Positions 1 to 10,742 of a stretch of DNA of 64,000 nt are shown piece after piece. Each line of letters opens with the position of its first letter. The stretch's first letter is position 1. The translations under genes were made by a program, and so were the position numbers. Under the pieces are notes generated by a model. It was not told the DNA's origin, did no database searches, and was given only the letters and a program-made list of their open reading frames with translations. This DNA is from an uncultured Alphaproteobacteria bacterium (GTDB lineage: Bacteria > Pseudomonadota > Alphaproteobacteria > Rhodobacterales > Rhodobacteraceae). The stretch is taken from NCBI GenBank assembly GCA_963695425.1, contig CAVOGP010000036.1:57689-121688 (forward strand), written 5' to 3'.

Positions 1-1026
1 GGCGCAGAGCCCTGCCGCCGGACGCGCTGTTCTCGTTCCGCCCGCGCGCGACGATGGAGCGGCACGTGCGGGCCGGGCTGCGCTGGCTGGCGCGCTGCGG
101 GATCACCGCGCGCGCCGAGCTGGTGCTGCCGACCAACGGCAACACCTCGGCGATGACGGTGGCGCTGATGACGGCGGCCGAGCCGGGCGACCTGGTGGTG
201 ACCGAGGAGCTGGGGCACCACACGCTGCCGACGCTGACGCGCTAGCTCGGGCTGCGACTCGCCGGGCTGGAGACCGACGCAGGAGGGCGCGACGCCGAAG
301 TCGTTCGAGCGCGCCTGCGCCGGCGGCGGCGTCAAGGTGCTGTACTTGGTGCCCGGCGGACTGAACCCGCAGGCCTGTTTCATGGGCGCGGAGCGGCGGC
401 AGGCGCTGTGCGCGCTGGCCCGGCGGTTCAACGTGCTGATCCTCGAGAACGACGCCGGCGGGCCGCTGCCGCCGGACCGGCCGCCGCCGCTGGCGGCGCC
501 TCGCGCCCGAGCGGGGCTTCTACTTCACCGGGATGAGCAAGTGCCTGCTGCCGGGCCTGCGCTTCGGCTGCCTGGTGGTGCCCGAGACGCTGGTGACGGC
601 GACGATGAACCGGCATCTGGTGACCAACTGGATGGCGACAGCCCTGATCGCCGAGATCGCCACGCGCTGGATCGAGGACGGCACGGCGGACGACCTGCTG
701 CGCTGGCAGCGCGGGGCGATCGCCCGGCGGAACCGTCTGGCCGCGACGCTGCTCGAGGGCGTTCCGCATCGCGGGATGGAGCACGGGCTGCACATCTGGA
801 TGCCGCTCGAAGGCCCTGGAGCGAGGACGCGTTCGTGGCGCACGCCCGCGCACCAGGGCGTGGCGGTGGCCGCCGGGTCGGGCTTCGCCATCGGCGACGA
901 GGCGTCCGCGCCGCGGGGGTCCGGGTCTGCCTCGGGGGCGCCGGCGACGATGCGCTGGAGCGGGGCCTGGCCGTCCTGGCGCGGCTGGCGCGAAACCAGC
1001 CGGAGCCGGCGCTGCTGGCGGTCTGA
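1..1026 (+). CDS. enuR: MocR/GabR-family (PLP-binding) regulator of ectoine catabolism, EnuR/EhuR; 5'-partial and frameshifted
   Basis: Aminotransferase-like segments across frames (TNGNTSAMTVAL, ILENDA, FTGMSKCLLPGLRFG, C-terminal EPALLAV); lies upstream of the TRAP-eut cluster; in-frame TAG at 243-245 plus several indels. Confidence 0.8.
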
Positions 1027-1046
1027 GCGCCGCCGGTCGGCTGCGG

Positions 1047-1075
1047 ATTGTCATGATGCAATATTCGAATTGACA
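1047..1075 (+). promoter_or_regulatory. Putative EnuR operator (imperfect palindrome ATTGT-N6-GCAAT) next to a TTGACA -35 hexamer
   Basis: ATTGTCATGATGCAAT at 1047-1062 and TTGACA at 1070-1075, in an AT-rich patch upstream of uehA. Confidence 0.5.
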
Positions 1076-1306
1076 TGCTTTTGCACGGTTTCGAGGTTCG
1101 CGGCAGACGGGCGCAGTGCGGAGACAAGCGCGCCGGCCGAGTGGCAATGCTGCCTGGATGCTGCTTTCGCGGAGCATGCACACCATGCACAACGCGTGCA
1201 TCTGGAGGCACCGTCATGCGACCCGAAGGCGCGATTACGCCAGCACCGAAGGCGTGATCGCGCGAACAACGACGAAGTGACGCAATTTCCAAACGGGAGA
1301 CGAAAT

Positions 1307-2317
1307 ATGACCGGACGCATGTTCAGACTGCTGGGCGCAACCGCGGCGATCGCGATCGCGGCCTCCGCCGCGCAGCGCCGACACCTGGCGCTACGCCTTC
1401 GAGGAGGACGAGGTGCAGGGCCAGACTACGCCCAGAAGTTCAAGGAACACATCGAGGCGAACAGCGACCACGAGATCCAGCTCTTCCCCTACGGGACGCT
1501 GGGCGAGTCCGCCGACATCATGGAGCAGACGCAGGCCGGCGTCCTGCAGTTCGCCGACCAGTCGCCGGGCTTCACCGGCGCGCTCATCCCGGAGGCGCAG
1601 GTCTTCTCCGTGCCCTATCTCCTGCCGGCGGACTACGACGAGCTCGACGAGTTCTTCCGCGACAGCACGGCGATCAACGAGAAGCTTCGAGCACCTCTAC
1701 GCGGACCAGGGCCTCGAGCTGTGATCGATGTTCCCCGAGGGCGAGGTTCGTCATGACGACGAAGCAGCCGGTCGAACAGCCGGACGGACCTGAACGAGGT
1801 CAAGTTCCGGGTGATGACCACCCCGCTGTTGGTCGCAATCCTACGGTGCCTTCGGCGCCACGCCGACGCCGCTGCCGCTGGGGCGAGGTCTACGGCGGGC
1901 TGCAGACCAACATCATCCAGGGCCAGGAAAACCCGACGCTTCTTCCTCGACTCCGACAAGCTCTATGAGGTGACGGACTACATCACCTTCACCGGCCACA
2001 ACACTTCACGACGGCGGTGATGGCCAACAAGGAGTTCTTCGAAGGCCTGTCCGAGGACGACCAGCGGGCGGTCCGGACGAGGCCACCGAGCGGCTTCGAC
2101 CACATCGTCGAGTACCAGGAGAGCCTGCGCGGAGGATGCTCGCCAAGATCAAGGAGGCCAAGCCGGAAATGGAGGTCATCGTGCCCGCCGACGAGCAGCG
2201 CGCCGTTCCAGGACGCCGGCGACCGAGGTCGAGGCCAGGTACGTCGACATGACCGGCGACAGCGGCAAGGAGATCCTCGAGCAGTTGAAGCCGGACGTCG
2301 CCGCCGTCAAGGACTGA
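1307..2317 (+). CDS. uehA: TRAP substrate-binding protein (DctP, UehA/TeaA-like), frameshifted
   Basis: Signal peptide; segments YAQKFKEHIEANSDHEIQLFPYGTLGESADIMEQ, WGEVYGGLQTNIIQGQENP, MANKEFFEGLSEDDQ; GGGAGA RBS. Confidence 0.8.
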
Positions 2318-2393
2318 CGTTCCAGGACGGGCGAGTCATCGCCGGGCTCGTTCGGCCTGCCGCCGGCGGACCGCCGACGGACCGAACAGGCCA

Positions 2394-2973
2394 GTGGCGC
2401 GACGCCGCCGGCGGGATGACCCGGAGGCGCGGAATCGCTCCTTCAAGCCGCTGGCGCTGCTCGACACGCGCCATCGCCGGATCGAGGGTCATGTTGGCCG
2501 CGGGCGTCCTCCTGATGGCGGCGAACACGATCGGCCAACGTCATCGGCCGCTTCGTGTTCCGGCCGAGCATCTACTTCTCGGAGGAGCTGAACCGGTTCC
2601 TCATCGTGCTGATCACCTTCGTCGGGATCAGCTACGCCGCGCGGCACGGCCGGCATATCCGGATGACGGCGATCTACGACGCGCTGCCGGCCGGCGGCCG
2701 CAAGGCGATGATGATGGTCATCGCATCGTCACCGGTGATCATGCTGGGCTCGCCTGGTACTCCTACGGCTACGTCGGCACGGTGGCGAGCCAGGGCCGGG
2801 TGCTGCCGGCGCTGCAGGTGCCGATCTGGGGGGCCTACGTCTGGGTGCCGCGTCGGCTTCTTCATCACCGGCATCCAGTACGCGCTGACCGCGATCAGGA
2901 ACATCACGGACCACGACGTCTACCTCTCGACCATCGTGCTCGACGGCTACGCCGACGACGAGCAGGAATATGA
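2394..2973 (+). CDS. uehB: TRAP small permease (DctQ), frameshifted; start approximate
   Basis: SIYFSEELNRFLIVLITFVGISYAARHGRHIRMTAIYD. Confidence 0.75.
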
Positions 2974-4250
2974 CGCGGGCCGCGACAATCATGCTGACGA
3001 TGATCGTCCTGCTGCTGCTCGGCTTTCCGATGATGATCCCGCTGGTCGCGGCGGCCTCCGTCGGCTTCGTCGTCTTCTTCTCGCGGCATCGCGCCGCGAG
3101 ATCATGATCCAGCAGATGATCGGCGGGAGTCAGGCCGGCGCGCTGATCGCCGTGCCGATGTTCATCTTCGCCGCCGACATCATGACCCGCGGGCACTCGG
3201 CGGATCGGCTGCTCGACCTGGTGATGACGCTTCGTCGGCCACGTGAAGGGTGGGCTCGCGGTCACCGACGGCGACGGCCTGCACGCTGTTCGGCGCGGTG
3301 TCCGGCTCGACGCAGGCGACGGTGGTCGCGATCGGCGGCGCCGCTGCGGCCGCGGCATGCTCGAGGCGGGCTACACGGACAGCTTCGTGCTGGCGCTGAT
3401 CATCAACGCCAGCGACATCGCCCTGCTGATCCCGCCGAGCATCGGCATGATCGTCTACGGCGTGGTCTCCGGCACCTCGATCGGCGAGCTGTTCATCGCC
3501 GGCATCGGCCCGGGCCTGCTGATCCTGGTGCTGTTCTCCGCCTACTCGGTGATCTACGCCATCCGCAACGACATCCCGACCGCGCCGAAGGCCGAGCTGG
3601 GCCGAGCGGCTGCGAGGCGGTGCGGCGAGGCGCTCTGGCCGCTCGGCTTTCCGGTGATCATCATCGGCGGCATCTACGGCGGCATGTTCAGCCCGACCGA
3701 GGCCGCGGCGGTCTCGCGTGCTCTACGCGCTGATCCTCGAGCTCGCTGATCTTCCGCTCGCTCAAGCATCGCCGACATCCCGACGATCGCGCTGTCGACC
3801 GGGCTCGGTCACCGCGGTGGTCTTCATCCTGGTCGGCGCCGGCGCCGCGTTCTCTTGGGTGATCTCGTTCGCGCAGATCCCGCAGGCCATCCTGGGCGCG
3901 TTCGGTGCTGGTCGGAGCCGGGCCCGTACGACGGTCATGATCGCGATCTCGATCGCCTTCTTCGTCGGCTGCATGTTCGTCGACCCGATCGTCGTGATCC
4001 TGATCCTGACGCCGATCTTCGCCCCGATGGTCGATGGCGCCGGGCTCGATCCGGTGCTGGTCGGCACGATCGTCACGCTGCAGGTGGCGATCGGCTCGGC
4101 CACGCCACCGTTCGGCTGCGACATCTTCACGGCGATCGCGATCTTCAAGCGGCCCTATCTGGACGTCATCCGCGGCACGCCGCCGTTCATCGCCATGCTG
4201 CTCCTGGCGGCGGTGCTGCTGATCATCTTCCCGCAGATCGCGCTGGCCTC
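2970..4250 (+). CDS. uehC: TRAP large permease (DctM), frameshifted; last few codons lost in a fusion to eutA
   Basis: LIAVPMFIFAADIM, LLIPPSIGMIVYG, FSPTEAAA, IGSATPPFGCDIF. Confidence 0.8.
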
Positions 4251-4518
4251 AGGACGACCGGGAGATGGCGCGGATCGAGCCGGACGCGATCGTGGCGGCG
4301 GGGCGGCGGCCGACGCGCCGGACGCGGAGGCGCTGTTCATCTCCTGCACGGCGCTGCCGGCGCTGGCGGCGGTGGCGCGGATCGAGGCGGCGATCGGCAA
4401 GCCGGTGGTGACATCGAACCAGGCCTGCATCTGGCGGCTGCGCCATCTCGCCGGGCTTGCCGGCCCGGTCGAGGGCTTCGGCGCGCTGCTCGCCCAGGCG
4501 CCGGCGGCGGCGGCATGA
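4246..4518 (+). pseudogene. eutA: C-terminal part only of EutA (Asp/Glu racemase - maleate isomerase family)
   Basis: DDREMARIEPDAIV and DAEALFISCTALPA...IGKPVVTSNQACIW directly follow the DctM C-terminus; the N-terminal part is absent. Confidence 0.75.
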
Positions 4519-5528
4519 CGGTCGGGCTCGCGGACATCGAGGCGGCGCGCGAGCGCATCGCCGGCACGCTGCCGGAAACGCCGGTCGAGCCCTCGGCGAG
4601 CCTGAGCGCGCTGGCCGGCGTGCCGGTCTAGCTGAAGCGCGAGCACCACCAGGACACCGGCAGCTTCAGAGCTGCGAGGGGCCGCCAACGCGGTAGCGCG
4701 GCTCAGGCCGGACGAGCGGACGCGCGGCGTGGGGGCGGCTCGACCGGCAATCACGGCCGCGGGCTGGCCTATGCGGCGGCGGCGGCCGGCGTGCGTGCGT
4801 GATCTGCATGTCGAGGCTGGTGCCCGAGAACAAGCTCGAGGCGATCGAGGCGCTGGGCGCGGAGGTGCGCATCGTCGGCCGCAGCCAGGACGACGCCGCA
4901 GGTCGAGGTCGACCGGCTGGTCGCCGAGGAGGGGCATGACCATGGTGCCGCCCTTCGACCACCCGGCGTCATCGCCGGGCAGGGCACGCTCGGCCTGGAG
5001 ATGATCGAGCCGGTGCCCGGAGGTCGCTACGGTCCTGGTGCAGCTGTCGGGCGGCGGGCTGATCGCCGGCGTCGCCGCGGCGCTCAAGGCGAAGACGCCC
5101 GGCGGTCGCGGGTGATCGGGGTCTCGATGGCGCGCGGGCGCGGCGATGCGGCCAGCCTGCGAGGCCGGCCGGCCGGTGCAGGTCGAGGAACTGCCGACGC
5201 TGGCCAATTCGCTCGGCGGCGGCATCGGCCTCGACAACCGGTTGACCTTCGCCATGGTGCCGCGACTGGTCGACGAGTGGTGCTGGTCGAGCGAGGCGGA
5301 GATCGCCGCCGGCGATCCGCCACTGCTACTGGCGGGAACGCCAGATCGTCGAGGGCGCCGGCGCGGTCGGCATGGCGGCCCTGCTGCCGGCAAGGTGCGG
5401 CCGGCAGGGGCCGGTCGGTCGCTGCTGTCAGCGGCGGCAACATCGACATGGAGCCTGCACCGCGGATCATCCGCGGGCGAGGACGTGGCCTGCGGCCGAC
5501 GACCGAAGGGATCGGCATGCCGCATGAG
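4515..5528 (+). CDS. eutB: Hydroxyectoine utilization dehydratase EutB (threonine dehydratase-like), frameshifted
   Basis: MTVGLADIEAARERI, LKREHHQDTGSF, MVPPFDHP, LSGGGL, LPTLANSLGGGIG, SGGNIDM; TAG at 4629-4631. Confidence 0.8.
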
Positions 5529-6535
5529 CATCGCGCATCCTGACCGAGGCCGACCTGCGCGAGGCGGTCCCGCTCGATCTGGCCGCGGTCGCCTGCGTCG
5601 AGGACGCGTTCGGGCGCTGGCCGGCGGCAAGGTGGTGATGCCGCCGATCCTGTCGCATGGCGATCGCGAGCACAATGGCGAGGTCGACGTGAAGACCGCC
5701 TATGTGCCCGGCATCGACAGCTTCGCGATCAAGATCTCGCCCGGGTTTCTTCGACAACCCCAAGCTCGGGCTGCCCAGCCTCCGGGCTGATGATCCTGTT
5801 CTCCGCCCGCACCGGCCTGGTCGAGGCGCTGCTGCTCGACAACGGCTATCTGACCGATGTGCGCACCGCCGCGGCCGGGGCGGTGGCGGCCCGCGCATCT
5901 GGCGCGGCCGGATGCCGCGCGTCGGCCTGCGATCATCGGCGCCGGCATGCAGGCGCGGCTGCAGCTCGAGGCGCTGCGCCTGGTGCGGCCGATCAGCGGG
6001 CAACGATCTGGGCGCGCGATCACGGCCAAGGCCGAGGCGGCGGCGGCGAGCTGGGCGGACGCGCTCGGCATCGCCGCAGGCCGCTGCGGAGCGCCGATGC
6101 CGCGGCGGCGGTCGCGACGCCGACATCATCGTCACGACGACGCCGGCGCGCGACACCGATCCTCGGCCGAATGGCTGCGCCCCGGCCAGCACGTCACCGC
6201 GATGGGTTCGGATCCGAGCACGACAAGAACGAGCTGGAGCCGGCCTGCCTCGCGCGCGCCGACCTCTACGTGCCCGACCGCCAGAGCCAGACGCGCGTGC
6301 TGGGCGAGCTGCACCAGCGCCATCGCGGCCGGGGTGGTTGCCGCCGAGCAGCGACTTTGCCGAGCTCGGCGAGATCGTCGCCGGCACGGCGCAGGGCGCG
6401 GCGTGTCGGACGAAGCGATCACCGTCTGCCGACCTGACCGGCACCGGGGTGCAGGACACGGCGATCGCCACTTTCGCCGCGCGCCGCGCGCGGCAGCCGG
6501 CGGCGACCGGCACCCTCATCGAGAGCCTGCAACAA
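5517..6535 (+). CDS. eutC: EutC (ornithine cyclodeaminase family), frameshifted; ends approximate
   Basis: EVDVKTAYVPG, LLLDNGYLTDVRTAAAGAVAA, GAGMQARLQ, DLTGTGVQDTAIA. Confidence 0.8.
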
Positions 6536-6558
6536 CCGTGGAACCCATCGTCGACGCC

Positions 6559-7749
6559 ATGCGCAGCTGTTCTTCGCGCGACGAGTATCAGACGCCGGCT
6601 CGCCAGGACCCGCGCGGCGATGGCAGAGCGGGGGTCGACGCTGCTCATCGTTTCCGATCCGTCGAACATGGCCTGGCTGACCGGCTATGACGGCTGGTCG
6701 TTCTACGTCCACCAGGCGTGCTCGTCTGGCCGCGACGGCGATCCGGTATGGTTCGGGCGCGAGCCAGGACGCGCAACGGCGCGCAAGCGCACCTGTCTTC
6801 ATGAGACGAGCCGATATCATCGGCTATCCCGACCACTACGTGCAGTCGACCGAACGCCACCCGATGGACTACCTCGCGGCCGATGCTGACCGAGCGCGGC
6901 TGGGGCACCGGGCGGATCGGCGTCGAGATGGACAACTACTGGTTCTCGGCCGCGGCCTTTCCAGCGTCGCTGAGCGCCGGACCTGCCGAATGCGCGCTTC
7001 GTCGACGCGACCGCCCTGGTCAACTGGCAGCGCGGCGGTGAAGTCGCCGAGCCGAGCTCGACTACATGCGCAAGGCGGCGCGCATCGTCGAGCGCATGCA
7101 CGCGCGCATCGTCGAGAAGGTCGAGCCGGGCATGCGCAAGTGCGATCTGGTGGCCGAGATCTACGACGCGGCCTGCGTTACGACGCGGAACGGGGCACGG
7201 CGGCGACTATCCGGCGATCGTGCCGCTGCTGCCGTCGGGCGCCGACGCCGCCGCGCCGCACCTGACCTGGGACGACCGGCCGATGCAGACCGGCGAGGGC
7301 ACCTTCTTCGAGATCGCCGGCTGCTACCGCCGCTATCACTGCCCGCTGTCGCGCACGGTCTTCCTCGGCAAGCCGCCGCAGGCCTTCCTCGACGCCGAAA
7401 AGGCGGTGCTGGAGGGCATGGAGGCGGGGCTCGAGGCGGCGAAGGCCGGCAACGTCTGCGAGGACATCGCCAGCGGCCTTCTTCGCCGTGCTCGCGAAGT
7501 ACGGCATCATCAAGGACAACCGCACCGGCTATCCGATCGGCCTCACCTATCCGCCGGACTGGGGCGAGCGCACCATGTCGCTGCGCCCCGGCGACAAGAC
7601 CGTGCTCGAGCCCGGCATGACCTTCCACTTCATGACCGGGCTGTGGATGGACGACTGGGGCTTCGAGATCACCGAGAGCATCGTCATCGGCGAGACCGGG
7701 CCGGAGATGCCTCGCCGATGTGCCGCGCCAGCTGTTGGTCAAGGACTGA
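6559..7749 (+). CDS. eutD: Ectoine hydrolase EutD/DoeA (M24 fold), frameshifted; start approximate
   Basis: DPSNMAWLTGYDGWSFYVHQ, YPDHYVQSTERHPMD, APHLTWDD, YPPDWGERTMSLR. Confidence 0.9.
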
Positions 7750-7754
7750 GCGCG

Positions 7755-8761
7755 ATGTCCACGCGCCGCCAATCCGATCGTCGCGACCGTCCCCTTCGAC
7801 CAGGACGGCGCGCATCACGGCTTCCTGCGCCTGCCCTACAGCCGCGACGACTCGCGCCTGGGGCTCGGTGATGATCCCGATCAGCGTGATCCGCAACGGC
7901 GACGGGCCGACGGCGCTGCTGACCGGCGCCAACCACGGCGACGAGTACGAGGGGCCGGTGGCGCTGCAGGCGCTGGCGCGGGAGCTCGATCCCGGCAGGT
8001 GATCCAGGGCCGGGTCATCATCGTGCCCGTGCATGAACGCGCCGGCCTTCCGCGCCGGCACGCGCACCTCGCCGATCGACCGGGGCAACCTCAACCGGAG
8101 CTTTCCCGGGCCGGCCCGACGGCACGCCGACCGAGAAGATCGCCGACTACTTCAACGCGCACGCTGGCTGCCGATGGCCGACGTAGGTGCTGGACTTTCA
8201 TTCCGGCGGCAAGACGCTCGACTTCGTGCCCTTCGCAGCGGCGCATCGGCTGGACGACGGCGACGCAGGAGGCGGCCTGCATCGCGGCGATGCGGGCCTT
8301 CAACGCGCCCTATTCGATGATGCTGCTGGAGATCGACAGCGTCGGCATGTTCGACACCGCGGTCGAGGAGCAGGGCAAGGTGTTCGTCTCGACCGAACTC
8401 GGCGGCGGCGGCACGGCGACGGCGCGCTCCGATCGCCATCGCGAGGAAGGGGGCGCGCAACTTACTGATCCATGCCGGCATCGTCGACGGCGAGCCGGAG
8501 GTCGCGCCGAGCGTCGATCTCGACATGCCGGACGGCGACTGCTTCGTGTTCAGCGAGCATGACGGCCTGGTCGAGCCGCTGGTCGACCTCGGCGCCGAGG
8601 TCGCAAAAGGCGAGGCGGTGGCCCGCATCTGGCCGGTAGACCGCACCGGCATCGACCCTGTGGAGTACCGTGCCCGGCGCGACGGGTTGCTGACGGCGCG
8701 GCACTTCCCGGGTCTGGTCAAGCCGGGCGACTGTCTCGCGGTGGTGGCGGTGAAGGGCTGA
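7755..8761 (+). CDS. eutE: N-alpha-acetyl-diaminobutyrate deacetylase EutE/DoeB, frameshifted
   Basis: GPTALLTGANHGDEYEGP, RTSPIDRGNLNRSFPG, LDFHSGGKTLDF, STELGGGG, ARHFPGLVKPGDCLAV. Confidence 0.9.
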
Positions 8762-8822
8762 GGCGCCAGGGCGTATTATGGAGCGGCCAAACTGGGCGCA
8801 GGCGCGGCCCCTTGCAGGCTGT

Positions 8823-9040
8823 TGGATCGTTCAGCTGCTGGCAGAGGGGGGGACGTACGTACGGACGGCGTCGAGGTCCGGGGCTATGGCCGAACGGGCT
8901 CGCCGGACTGGTGAACGAGGCTGATCCCCGCGCGCGTCGCCGCGCTGAAGATCGTGCCGATGCCGGAGCTGAAGGCCGACTGGCGCGCACTCTTGGAGAC
9001 CGAGCCGCCGCCCTTCAACCGGCGCCACCTCGAGACATCG
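8823..9040 (+). mobile_element. Remnant of a DUF2924 / large serine recombinase element: recombinase C-terminal scrap joined to a DUF2924 N-terminal scrap
   Basis: Manual translation: IVQLLAEG.DVRTDGVEVR..PNGLAGLVNE (similar to the 60763 remnant), then IPARVAALKIVPMPELKADWRALLETEPPPFNRRHLE. Confidence 0.65.
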
Positions 9041-9445
9041 TCAGCGACAATCGTCGTCAACCCGATACCCCTCGCAAGCACGATTATCGCTTGGCCGGCT
9101 TCTGTCGCATAGCCGCAGTTCCAATGGGAACGCCCCAGCCAATAGCCGAGACCGGCACTGCGGCCGCTGAGCGACAGCCCGATGCACCCGATGAAGGTGC
9201 CGTTCAGATCGATGGCGAATGTGCGTTCTCCGGGACCTTGGCGCCGGGCGATCCATTCGAGGGCGGCAGCTTCGTCGCAGGGGTCGCTGATCCGTTCGGT
9301 CATGCGGACGGCGGCGGAATCTCTTTTCGAGGAGGTACGCCATCGACGGGGCATCTTGCGAAGAAAGAGGCCGAAGCAGCAACCGCGGGGTCTTTATTCG
9401 GTGGCCGGCAGCATCACTCTGCGCCGCCAGGGGATCGTTCGTCAT
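9036..9445 (-). pseudogene. RimJ/RimL-type GNAT acetyltransferase, frameshifted and 3'-truncated
   Basis: IKTPRLLLRPL...FIGCIGL...LGYWLGRSHWNCGYATEA; homology stops at the DUF2924 scrap. Confidence 0.75.
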
Positions 9446-9467
9446 GTTAGCTCCTCCAACCATTGTC

Positions 9468-9656
9468 TCACCGCCTCGGCAGATCATGCCAGTAACGCCG
9501 TTCCTCGAACGTCTGGCCTCCGTGCAGGCCGATATCCCTCAACAGCCAGTCGGAAAGACGCGATATTTGCCGTCTTGCCGCCCTTGGTCGGATGCGCCGG
9601 AATGCGCGGAGAAGGAGCTTTCCGGCTTGCAGAAAGCGAGGCACAGGGGCGAGCAT
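9468..9656 (-). CDS. DUF1127 small protein
   Basis: RRQISRLSDWLLRDIGL matches the DUF1127 L(S/D)DxxLxDIG pattern. Confidence 0.65.
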   Translation of the reverse strand: MLAPVPRFLQAGKLLLRAFRRIRPRAARRQISRLSDWLLRDIGLHGGQTFEERRYWHDLPRR

Positions 9657-9740
9657 TGTTCTTGTGCCGATTATGTTGTGGCTTTTTCGTTGGGGAAACC
9701 GCAGCGCGCCGGCGATTGGCGGCCGCGGTTCCTGTTGCGG

Positions 9741-10215
9741 CTACTGGGTGAGCGGATCGTCCGATGGGTCGATGTACTGAATGTCGAACGGCCCAGGGCC
9801 ATGGATCTGGACGATCGTCTCGGCGGCCGTCCAGGCGAAGTGCGGATGCCCTGCCGGCATTTCGACGAAACCGCCCACGGGGAGCACCGTCGTGGCCCCG
9901 CGATCCAGCCTCTCGCCATGGCCGACATTAAACTCGCCGGAGATGACGGTGATCAACTCATCGCCGGAATGGGTGTGCGCTGGCACCTCATATCCGCCTG
10001 GCAGCTTGAGCCGCAGCACAAACGGGCCTTCCGCCGCGGGGTTGCCGGACAGGACCGCGATCTGCGCGCCCGCCGGCAGGACCGGAGGCGCCGGCGCCCA
10101 ATTGGATCGTTTCGGGGATTGCGGGCGCGGGCGGCTCGTGAGCTTGCGCCAGCGTTGCCGTGGAAATGGCGAGGGCGCCGAGGAGCGGAGCGATGAGGGT
10201 GGATTTTCTGTTCAT
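9741..10215 (-). CDS. Secreted cupin-domain protein, frameshifted
   Basis: Signal peptide MNRKSTLIAPLLGALAISTATLAQA; cupin motifs PAHTHSGDELITVISG and MPAGHPHFAW; GGAGA RBS. Confidence 0.75.
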
Positions 10216-10291
10216 GGTGTTTCTCCTAATTCGAGGACCCCGACGTGAGGTCCAGTGCGCCGCATAGGCCCCAGGAGGTGCGGTTGCTTCC

Positions 10292-10308
10292 AGTTCTGCG
10301 CATGTACT
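10292..10308. promoter_or_regulatory. Palindromic site AGTTCT-N5-TGTACT upstream of the cupin gene
   Basis: Resembles the site at 10642-10658. Confidence 0.4.
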
Positions 10309-10641
10309 AGCGCCCGGCGTCCCGGGCTTGAGGCGCAAGGCTCGTACTGACGTCGACCCCTCGAGCTGCGCTGAATGTCAGCCATGCTGCTGAACTTGAA
10401 ACGATTTTCGGCCATCGGACGGAGATTCATGAACTGTACCGCCTATCGCGCAAGTTCGACGGCGACAGGCGTCTTGGCCAGCAGGCTGGCGGCGGGCGAT
10501 ACAGTCCAAGTATCAGTCGTGATCTCAGAAATAAATCATTGATTGCCAGCCAGTTAAGCCGCGCCCTCACGTCGTCTGCGTCCTTCTGGCATTCATGGCG
10601 ACACCAATTTGCCGTGCCCCGAAAGCTGCTCGCGCTTGGGT

Positions 10642-10658
10642 GGTTCATCCGCTGAACT
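10642..10658. promoter_or_regulatory. Palindromic site GGTTCA-N5-TGAACT upstream of the FAD oxidase operon
   Basis: Near-perfect inverted repeat about 85 bp before the ATG at 10743. Confidence 0.45.
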
Positions 10659-10742
10659 TGAGGAAACCGCCAGTTCGACCGATTCCCGATGCACAAGCGG
10701 CGCACATCCCGTGTCCGCTGTCGCAAGAGGATGGAAAACCCC

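Noticed and set aside
243-4631. In-frame TAG codons as possible recoding (pyrrolysine or alternative code)
   Set aside because: They occur only in indel-rich blocks, TAG is a normal stop elsewhere (e.g. 12182, 32633), and no pyl genes are visible
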